Made by a program: the position numbers and the translations under genes
Shown here: positions 1-5,193 of the stretch, in pieces
Layout of the letters: each line of letters opens with the position of its first letter
How positions within the stretch are numbered: position 1 is the first letter of the stretch
Origin: a virus
Taxonomy: Duplodnaviria > Heunggongvirae > Uroviricota > Caudoviricetes
IMG/VR virus record: IMGVR_UViG_2548876868_000016
DNA: 5,193 nucleotides
Strand: one strand, 5' to 3'
The notes under the pieces: model-generated
The model's input: only the letters and a program-made list of their open reading frames with translations
What the model was told of the DNA's origin: nothing
Databases searched by the model: none

Positions 1-392
1 CCGCAATAGCTGCAATGTCTTTCGCGCATCAGCCTGCGCATTCACCACAACGCTGATAGCATTGCCGGTGTCCGAATCGAACGGACCTTTTCCCTGCCCA
101 ACCCTCCCATCTGAATGGGACTGTCTGGAATTGAACCAGCACTTATGCCTTGCTCGTCAATGCTCTCATCGTTGCGTCCTGGTCTCTTCCCAGGCGTCAA
201 ACCGAATCGCCACGCTGGTTAGGCGTCTTATCAGCATCCTCATTGACTTGCACATTCCGGCTACCTGGTTTGTTTGCCCGAGCAAGGAGTGGATTGTCCC
301 CTTTAACGTCCCCAGACCGCTAACGACGCATGTGCCATACGCCGTGTTACAACCAACCTTTCGTTAACAACAGTCTGTTGTTTGTTCAGATA

Positions 393-434
393 ATGATGCT
401 ACTAAAAGTAGCAAAAATCAACAACAAAAAGTAG
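393..434 (-). promoter_or_regulatory. PL/OL-like leftward promoter with two operator-like sites
   Basis: Read on the minus strand: -35 TTGATT (plus 416-421), 17-nt spacer, -10 CATCAT (plus 393-398). The spacer holds an inverted repeat GCTACT-aaa-AGTAGC (398-412) matching the 13-bp motif CTAYTWWWAGTAG at 399-411; a degenerate second copy (11/13) lies at 422-434, 23 bp away. The 23-nt spacer-plus-(-10) element is 21/23 identical to the one beside the cro-like gene (2792-2814). Function inferred by analogy to lambda OL/PL. Confidence 0.4.
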
Positions 435-647
435 AAGTGTGTATTTAATTTTTAGTTTTCTATATAACGTTATGAATTAAAAGGTTTTTCACAGATGGGG
501 TGATGTGGCGTAGTTACGTATAGAAAATATCGAGTGTCTTTTGTTTTGGTTTAATTATTAGGTTAATTAGATAGTAATAATTTGGGGGAAAATAGTGGGA
601 ACTATGGATACAACGGGTCAGGAACAGTGTTATTAAGCAGGCTACGA

Positions 648-673
648 GTATAAAACCCGACCGGTTGGTCGGG
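648..673 (-). terminator. Rho-independent terminator downstream of the ParA-like gene
   Basis: On the minus strand a 7-bp GC-rich stem CCCGACC/GGTCGGG (plus 656-662 and 667-673) with a 4-nt loop is followed by TTTTAT (complement of plus 650-655). It lies 37 nt downstream of the stop codon at 710-712. There is no T-tract on the plus-strand side. Confidence 0.6.
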
Positions 674-709
674 CGAGAATTATGTTCGTTCTAAATCATG
701 GTTATTGTA

Positions 710-1795
710 TTACAGACACTTGACTACTGTTGAAACATCAGATTCTAGTGCTTCAATTTGTGCTCTATTAGCTTGGGTCGCCATACCATAGATAGTGTAA
801 CTCTTATGCTGCAGCCTACTTAAAGGGCATCCCTCATGGTTTATTATTGCTGCAAGAGTATTACCATCTTTGACATTTTGAACTCTCTCGAAAGTAGCCA
901 CATTTGTGAACAGATGAGGATGTGTATTTAACAGGTCATCCGTGATTCTTTTGATCTCTTCTGCATGTGATTTGAATGCTTTTGCTGCATCACTTTCATT
1001 AGTTCTTGAGCGGTTTTGTACGAAAAGGTGTAGTTCAGGTAGTTCGATAAGGTTTTGCTTTGCTTCTTTGTTGAAATCTAAGAACATTTCATCTTGTTCT
1101 GACTTGTCAATAGACACTCCATAAATAAGTTTAACAAGGTTTTTTATTCCGCGAATTGATGCAGCATCGGCAGTGCAAGGGATAATTATTCTATTTGCCG
1201 CGACTACTCCCAATTCTGTGTAGCTGGCAAAACTTGGATTACAATCAATAAAAAATGTTTTTGCTCTGTCAGAAATGTTTTTATCGGCTTCAAAAGATGC
1301 TATTAGATCTACCAGCAAAGATCGGCTTTTCTTCCATGCTTCTTTTACTGGGGATGAGCCAATGTGAGATATTAAGCGTGAACAGATATCAAGATCGACA
1401 TCACCAGGAAGAATATATAAGTTCTCTGGCATTTTTGCATTAACATCATGGGCTCGTACAAAGTAAGAAGATTCATTTCCTAAACGAGACAAAGGAGATT
1501 TGCTAAAACGCTCCTTGATATAACCTGCGATTGTAACATTTCTGTCTCGCAATTTATTTAGATTTTCTTCCCCGGTACCATTGCCACCAAGAATAATTTC
1601 TGAAACGTTTGATTGAGGGCATGAGTCAATAACCACAACATCTTGATCCGGATGAGATATAGCAAACTCAACGGCAAGATTATATGTAAGAAAAGTTTTT
1701 CCTACACCACCTTTGTTGTTCCATACTAAATATTTTGTATTGGTGGAAATCATATCTGCTACCCCATCTGTCGCTTCAGTACGTTCATTAATCAT
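710..1795 (-). CDS. ParA/MinD-family P-loop ATPase (deviant Walker A), orphan; candidate lysogen-expressed accessory gene
   Basis: 361-aa ORF with ATG at 1795-1793 and SD AGGAT 7 nt upstream. Deviant Walker A KGGVGKT at residues 28-34, switch-like IDSCPQSN, Walker B-like FFIDCNPS and the IIIPCTAD motif typical of ParA/Soj. About 100 aa of C-terminal extension beyond a minimal ParA core. No ParB-like gene or parS-like array in the window. Co-oriented with and downstream of the cI-like gene, and terminated by the hairpin at 648-673. Confidence 0.85.
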   Translation of the reverse strand: MINERTEATDGVADMISTNTKYLVWNNKGGVGKTFLTYNLAVEFAISHPDQDVVVIDSCPQSNVSEIILGGNGTGEENLNKLRDRNVTIAGYIKERFSKSPLSRLGNESSYFVRAHDVNAKMPENLYILPGDVDLDICSRLISHIGSSPVKEAWKKSRSLLVDLIASFEADKNISDRAKTFFIDCNPSFASYTELGVVAANRIIIPCTADAASIRGIKNLVKLIYGVSIDKSEQDEMFLDFNKEAKQNLIELPELHLFVQNRSRTNESDAAKAFKSHAEEIKRITDDLLNTHPHLFTNVATFERVQNVKDGNTLAAIINHEGCPLSRLQHKSYTIYGMATQANRAQIEALESDVSTVVKCL

Positions 1796-2029
1796 TATCG
1801 TATCCTGTTGTATAGAATTGTCTATTATTTATGTTTTATTTTGGTTTTTTTTGTGTTAGTAACGCACCCAAAGATAACATATGGTCTTTATCTTTTCTTA
1901 CTTAGGGTAACAGCTCAGTGTTAATCCATTTTTATGGACCAATGTGCCAAATAAAATTTGTATAAAGATTTTCTATCCTTATCTTTTATCATCTGTGCTC
2001 GTTTGCTTTAACGATTGCTAGATGCCTAA

Positions 2030-2770
2030 TTAAAGTCGATTATATTTAATCGACTCATGAATCAGTGCCTTACCCATAACATAAAGCTGATCTTGCGACT
2101 TCTCATCAATGTACCATTTCTCATAGGCGGGGTTATCCGAAAGAACAGCTAGTTTGTTGCCTTGCATTTGTAGACGTTTAACATGGAAAGTCTTACCGTA
2201 AACGAAAGAGTAAACTCCATCAGTCTGGAAGTGGCGAACGGAAATGTCGACAAACAATCGATCCCCGGAAACAAGAGTTGGGGACATACTATCTCCATTT
2301 ACCGTCATAACTTTTATATCATTCTGAGAACGGTTTCCGAAAAGAGAACGGGCATGTTCAGTTGTGAACTCAATGGCGTAGAGCACATCAACATAGTCTG
2401 AAAGCATATAGGTCCCAGGTCCTGCGCTAACGCTAAGATCCAAAACTTCTATCCTGTATACATCGGGCTTTGTTGGATTGGGGATGCTTGCCATTTCCTT
2501 ACATTCCTCTCTATCTCCAACACCATATTCTAGATATGAAGCTGATACTCCAAGAGCCAACGCAAGTTTACTCATGACAGAGACACGTGGCTTCGCTGCG
2601 CCGATTGTGTATCGACGAGCCATTTCATATGTAACGCCCACAAGACTTTTGAGTTGAGTGACAGAGATTCCTTTGATTGTCATCAATTCGTTTAGTCTCT
2701 TGGCGAAATCTGGATACTTCTGTTCTTCTACCATAGGTAGAAGATTACTCACATCACACGCGCTAGTCAT
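2030..2770 (-). CDS. CI-like phage repressor (N-terminal HTH, C-terminal S24/LexA-like autopeptidase)
   Basis: The six-frame ORF spans 2030-2791 but its first codon is TTG; the first in-frame ATG is at 2770-2768 (246 aa). HTH-like segment ISVTQLKSLVGVTYEMARRY; Ala-Gly candidate cleavage site in VSAGPG; catalytic Ser in GDSMSP and Lys in VKRL, as in LexA and lambda CI. A further ATG at 2734-2732 is also possible. Confidence 0.85.
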   Translation of the reverse strand: MTSACDVSNLLPMVEEQKYPDFAKRLNELMTIKGISVTQLKSLVGVTYEMARRYTIGAAKPRVSVMSKLALALGVSASYLEYGVGDREECKEMASIPNPTKPDVYRIEVLDLSVSAGPGTYMLSDYVDVLYAIEFTTEHARSLFGNRSQNDIKVMTVNGDSMSPTLVSGDRLFVDISVRHFQTDGVYSFVYGKTFHVKRLQMQGNKLAVLSDNPAYEKWYIDEKSQDQLYVMGKALIHESIKYNRL

Positions 2771-2840
2771 TTCTATTTTAAGTAGTTGCAATTTGCTATT
2801 TTAAGTAGCATCATCCCTCTGAATTTCAGAGGAGAAAGGT
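2771..2840. promoter_or_regulatory. OR-like divergent promoter/operator region (PRM and PR analogues)
   Basis: Two identical 13-bp sites CTATTTTAAGTAG at 2773-2785 and 2796-2808, start-to-start 23 bp. Candidate rightward promoter: -35 TTGCAA 2786-2791, 17-nt spacer, -10 CATCAT 2809-2814. Candidate leftward -10 TAAAAT on the minus strand at 2780-2775, 4 nt upstream of the cI-like ATG, implying a leaderless or near-leaderless transcript. SD GGAG 2831-2834 for the cro-like gene. Confidence 0.55.
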
Positions 2841-3104
2841 ATGTCATCTCAAAACTACACAGAGAAAGCAGTAAAGGCTGCGGGAAAGTCTTTATCTGAA
2901 GTAGCCCGTCGCTTTGGTTTTAAGTCCACTCAATCCGTCGCCAATTGGGTAATTAACAATCAAGTCCCGTCAGAACGGGTTTTACAACTTTGTGAGTTGG
3001 GAAACTGGTCCGTGACCCCTCATGAACTGCGTCCTGATATTTACCCCAATCCAAATGATGGATTACCTGAGTGCTATTCAAAAGTTAGCGGTTCAACTGC
3101 GTAA
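2841..3104 (+). CDS. Cro/YdaS-like small HTH transcriptional regulator
   Basis: 87-aa ORF, ATG 2841 with SD GGAG 6 nt upstream. HTH-like segment SLSEVARRFGFKSTQSVANWV; C-terminal HELRPD motif that I recall as typical of Cro/YdaS-type phage regulators. Divergent from the cI-like gene across an operator-bearing spacer. Confidence 0.8.
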   Translation: MSSQNYTEKAVKAAGKSLSEVARRFGFKSTQSVANWVINNQVPSERVLQLCELGNWSVTPHELRPDIYPNPNDGLPECYSKVSGSTA

Positions 3105-3132
3105 ACGTAACCACAGAAACGAGGAATGAACC

Positions 3133-3717
3133 GTGGGTAAAGAACCTGAATGGAAAGTTGATAAGCAACCAGCATGGCTGGTGGCAGCAATACGAAGAAC
3201 GATTGCTGATTTACCTCATGGCTATGAGGAAGCAGCGGAAATTCTTGGTTTGTATAAATCTGATGATATCACCCCAGCGAAAGATCAATTGCATAACAGA
3301 CTGCGTAGCGGTGGGGATCAAATTTTTCCACTTGAGTGGGCCATGGTTTTACAGGATGCCAGTGGTACCAGGCATGTAACGGATGCGATAGCGCGTCGTA
3401 GTAATGGGGTGTTTGTGCCGCTGGTGGACATTGATGACATTGACAATGGTGACATTAATCAGCGGCTGATGGAGTCAATAGAATGGATTGGCAAGCATTC
3501 CCAGTACTTACGCAAGGCAACTGCTGATGGAGTTATTGACCAGGCTGAGCGTGAGCAAATCGAAGAGAACAGCTACCAAGTAATGGCGAAGTGGCAGGAG
3601 CATTTAACACTGTTATTTCGTGTTTTTTGTGCGCCGGAAAAGAGTAACGCCCGCGAGTGTGCAGCTCCGGGCGTCGTGGCGTCGATTGCTTCTGGTTGTG
3701 GAGAAACTAACGCATGA
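3133..3717 (+). CDS. CII-like / YdaT-like phage regulatory protein (family assignment tentative)
   Basis: 194-aa ORF, GTG start 3133 with SD GAGGA (3121-3125) 7 nt upstream. Sits directly after the cro-like gene, the slot of cII in lambdoid phages and of ydaT in Rac-type prophages. Stop codon overlaps the next start (ATGA at 3714-3717). Family not verifiable without an HMM search. Confidence 0.7.
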   Translation: MGKEPEWKVDKQPAWLVAAIRRTIADLPHGYEEAAEILGLYKSDDITPAKDQLHNRLRSGGDQIFPLEWAMVLQDASGTRHVTDAIARRSNGVFVPLVDIDDIDNGDINQRLMESIEWIGKHSQYLRKATADGVIDQAEREQIEENSYQVMAKWQEHLTLLFRVFCAPEKSNARECAAPGVVASIASGCGETNA

Positions 3718-4072
3718 ACAGTTTAACAACACACTACCGTCGCTCGCAACTGATTGCGCTTCCTGTACCGGGTGGAAAAGCGAAGGTGGAGTATTGCTAT
3801 GCGGTGAATGTACCAGGTGACAGGGAAATTGTAACCCACAGCTTTGCAGAGTGGGCTGTGGGTGATTTCAACCGGCAGAAGGAGACAGTCCTTTGCAACA
3901 AGTTAACCGCTGGTTCAAAGATCACTACGGAGTGCCCGTCAGAGTCATTCGTTGGGAACCGGAAACACAACGGGTTATCTACCTCCGCGAAGGCTATGAG
4001 CATGAGTGCTTCAGCCCGCTCGAACAGTTTCGTCGTAAATTCAGGGAAATAGAGGTCGGTCATGAGCACTAA
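3714..4072 (+). CDS. Small phage protein of unknown function with a coding-frame switch (frameshifted gene or two overlapping ORFs)
   Basis: ATG 3714 is translationally coupled to the upstream gene (ATGA), with SD GGAG 3700-3703. The frame of ATG 3714 looks protein-like for ~60 codons ([60 protein letters not shown]) but then gives a Ser-rich low-complexity tail to the stop at 4050-4052. The -1 frame is open from 3866 to the stop at 4070-4072 and encodes a convincing sequence ([59 protein letters not shown]). A TTG at 3893-3895 is preceded by AAGGAGA (3879-3885) at 7-nt spacing. The span 3714-4072 is 359 nt, consistent with a 1-nt deletion at the T-run 3892-3894. Confidence 0.5.
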
Positions 4073-5003
4073 ATTAACCGGCTATGTATGGGATGGTTGC
4101 GCTGCGTCAGGCATGAAGTTATCCAGCGTGGCAATTATGGCCCGCCTGGCTGATTTCAGTAATGACGAAGGTGTGTGCTGGCCATCAATTGAAACCATTG
4201 CCCGCCAGATTGGCGCGGGGATGAGCACCGTCAGAACGGCTATCGCACGGCTGGAAGCAGAAGGCTGGTTAACGCGTAAGGCGCGTCGCCAGGGTAACCG
4301 CAATGCGTCGAATGTTTATCAGCTTAACGTTGCGAAGCTTCAGGCAGCGGCATTTTCTCAACTGTCAGATTCTGACCCGTCAAAATCTGACGCATCAAAA
4401 TCTGACCAGTCAAAATTTGATGCGTCGAAATCTGGCAAAAAAGCGGGTTTTCACCCGTCAGAATCTGGCGGGGATCCGTCAGTAAAATCAAAACATGATC
4501 CGTCAGATAAAAAAACTTCTCGTCCGGACGCTTCGCAACCGGACACGCAGACGGCTGAACAGGAGTTTTTAACTCGCCATCCTGATGCGGTTGTATTCAG
4601 CCCTAAAAAGCGCCAGTGGGGAACGCAGGATGATTTGACCTGCGCACAGTGGCTCTGGAAAAAAATCATCGCCCTGTACGAGCAGGCCGCCGAATGTGAC
4701 GGCGAGGTGGTTCGTCCCAAAGAACCGAACTGGACAGCCTGGGCAAACGAAATTCGCCTTATGTGTGTGCAGGATGGTCGTACTCACAAACAAATCTGCG
4801 AGATGTACAGCCGCGTCAGCCGCGATCCGTTCTGGTGCCGTAACGTGCTCAGCCCGTCGAAGCTGCGGGAAAAATGGGATGAGCTTTCCCTGCGCTTATC
4901 GCCGTCCGTCAGCACGTACACCGAAAAACGCGAAGACCCGTACTTCAAATCCAGTTACGACAACGTGGACTACAGCCAGATCCCGGCAGGATTCAGGGGG
5001 TGA
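4062..5003 (+). CDS. Replication initiator (lambda O-like; N-terminal winged-helix DNA-binding domain) with internal ori iterons
   Basis: 313-aa ORF, ATG 4062 with SD GAGGT (4052-4056) 5 nt upstream. N-terminal segment GVCWPSIETIARQIGAGMSTVRTAIARLEAEGWL resembles the HTH/winged-helix module of phage replication initiators. Iteron array inside the coding sequence encodes a low-complexity linker (SDSDPSKSDASKSDQSKFDASKSGKK). Gene order cro-cII-O matches lambdoid replication modules. Confidence 0.85.
   Translation: MSTKLTGYVWDGCAASGMKLSSVAIMARLADFSNDEGVCWPSIETIARQIGAGMSTVRTAIARLEAEGWLTRKARRQGNRNASNVYQLNVAKLQAAAFSQLSDSDPSKSDASKSDQSKFDASKSGKKAGFHPSESGGDPSVKSKHDPSDKKTSRPDASQPDTQTAEQEFLTRHPDAVVFSPKKRQWGTQDDLTCAQWLWKKIIALYEQAAECDGEVVRPKEPNWTAWANEIRLMCVQDGRTHKQICEMYSRVSRDPFWCRNVLSPSKLREKWDELSLRLSPSVSTYTEKREDPYFKSSYDNVDYSQIPAGFRG
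4365..4516. repeat. ori-like iteron array: five regular 15-bp-spaced iterons plus degenerate copies and an A-rich tract
   Basis: 12-bp cores at 4365 (TCAGATTCTGAC), 4380 (TCAAAATCTGAC), 4395 (TCAAAATCTGAC), 4410 (TCAAAATTTGAT) and 4425 (TCGAAATCTGGC), exactly 15 bp apart; each core is a partial palindrome of form TCAGA-w-TCTGA. Additional copies at 4458 (TCAGAATCTGGC) and, more degenerate, 4479 and 4503. A-rich tract GATAAAAAAAC at 4506-4516. Architecture parallels the lambda ori inside the O gene. Confidence 0.7.
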
Positions 5004-5005
5004 TC

Positions 5006-5193
5006 ATGAGTCTGTTAAATGACGTTCAGAAATTCATTGAAGCCCATCCGGGGTGTACTTCCGGAGACATTGCGGATGCTTTTACAGGTTACTCACGGCA
5101 GCGCGTTCTGCAGTCAGCAAGCAAGTTACGTCAGAGTGGGCGTGTGGCTCACCGTTGTGAAGGAGATACACGCAGACATTTCCCGCGCCTGAC
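5006..5193 (+). CDS. Hypothetical protein, N-terminal 62 codons only (ORF continues beyond window end)
   Basis: ATG 5006-5008 lies 2 nt after the initiator stop (5001-5003), with a GGGGG SD-like run at 4996-5000. Open to the window end: MSLLNDVQKFIEAHPGCTSGDIADAFTGYSRQRVLQSASKLRQSGRVAHRCEGDTRRHFPRL. Position suggests a replication partner (helicase loader or similar) or a small DNA-binding protein, but identity is unresolved. Confidence 0.55.
   Translation, partial: MSLLNDVQKFIEAHPGCTSGDIADAFTGYSRQRVLQSASKLRQSGRVAHRCEGDTRRHFPRL

Noticed and set aside
125-145. tRNA-like T-arm on the minus strand (CTGG-TTCAATT-CCAG)
   Set aside because: Only a 4-bp stem with a T-loop-like heptamer. No complementary acceptor stem, D-arm or anticodon arm could be built around it, so it is not a tRNA or a recognisable tRNA 3' fragment marking an att site.
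62-367. Plus-strand ORF of 101 aa (TTG start; frame open from position 2)
   Set aside because: Cys/Pro/Trp-rich and low in charged residues, with no ATG or convincing RBS. It would converge head-on with the PL-like promoter. More likely a chance open frame in a non-coding leader.
656-673. Hairpin acting as a plus-strand terminator
   Set aside because: On the plus strand the stem is followed by CGAGAATT rather than a T-tract. The U-tract is only on the minus-strand side, so it terminates leftward transcription.
942-1443. Plus-strand ORFs 942-1124 and 1255-1443 inside the ParA-like gene
   Set aside because: Antisense shadow ORFs within a well-supported minus-strand gene; hydrophobic, low-complexity translations without RBS.
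710-1795. ParA-like gene as part of a conventional plasmid-type partition system
   Set aside because: No ParB-like ORF and no centromere-like repeat array adjacent in the window. The gene sits inside a lambdoid immunity operon and is closed by a terminator. Not fully excluded because the window is short.
2183-2401. Plus-strand ORF of 72 aa inside the repressor gene
   Set aside because: Antisense to the strongly supported CI-like CDS; no RBS.
2030-2791. TTG at 2791 as the repressor start
   Set aside because: It would put the start codon inside the operator and -35 region only 49 bp from the divergent cro-like start. The ATG at 2770 with an adjacent -10-like hexamer fits the leaderless cI paradigm better.
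3158-3379. Alternate-frame ORF of 73 aa within the CII-like gene
   Set aside because: Overlaps a better-supported frame that has a proper SD and conserved gene order; its translation is Cys/Trp-rich.
3620-3820. Plus-strand ORF of 66 aa spanning the CII-like gene end and the small gene start
   Set aside because: Out-of-frame overlap with two coupled, better-supported genes; Arg/Cys-rich translation typical of off-frame reading.
3797-4069. Minus-strand ORF of 90 aa (GTG start)
   Set aside because: Exactly in register antisense to the protein-like plus-strand -1 frame (3866-4072), so best explained as a shadow ORF. It would also run against the early-right operon.
4365-4439. Iteron array as a CRISPR array
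   Set aside because: The period is 15 bp with no unique spacers between repeats, and the array lies inside a coding sequence. It fits ori iterons, not CRISPR.
4082-5022. Several alternate-frame and antisense ORFs inside the initiator gene (4082-4303 minus, 4303-4485 plus, 4451-4720 minus, 4569-4793 minus, 4696-5022 plus)
   Set aside because: All overlap the well-supported initiator CDS. Their translations are repetitive or Arg/Cys/Thr-rich, typical of off-frame reading across the iteron region and GC-richer DNA.

Overview
This 5.2-kb window reads as the immunity and early-right (replication) region of a lambdoid temperate phage or prophage. On the minus strand a CI-like repressor (HTH plus S24 autopeptidase, 2030-2770) is followed co-directionally by an orphan ParA/MinD-family ATPase (710-1795) that ends at an intrinsic terminator (648-673); this is the slot lambda uses for rexAB. 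On the plus strand lie a Cro/YdaS-like HTH gene (2841-3104), a CII/YdaT-like gene (3133-3717), a translationally coupled small gene whose coding frame switches near 3892 (3714-4072), an O-like replication initiator with five regular 15-bp iterons inside its coding sequence (4062-5003), and the start of a further gene (5006 onward). Operator-like 13-bp sites (CTAYTWWWAGTAG) occur as 23-bp-spaced pairs at both edges of the immunity region, inside near-identical divergent promoter cassettes. The leftmost ~385 bp have no convincing ORF and are probably the leader of a leftward early transcript. The most unusual element is the orphan ParA-like ATPase in the lysogen-expressed slot; I cannot assign it to any described defence or exclusion system from sequence alone. 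All coordinates were hand-counted from the sequence and ORF track, no searches or computations were run, and family names rest on motif recognition from memory.
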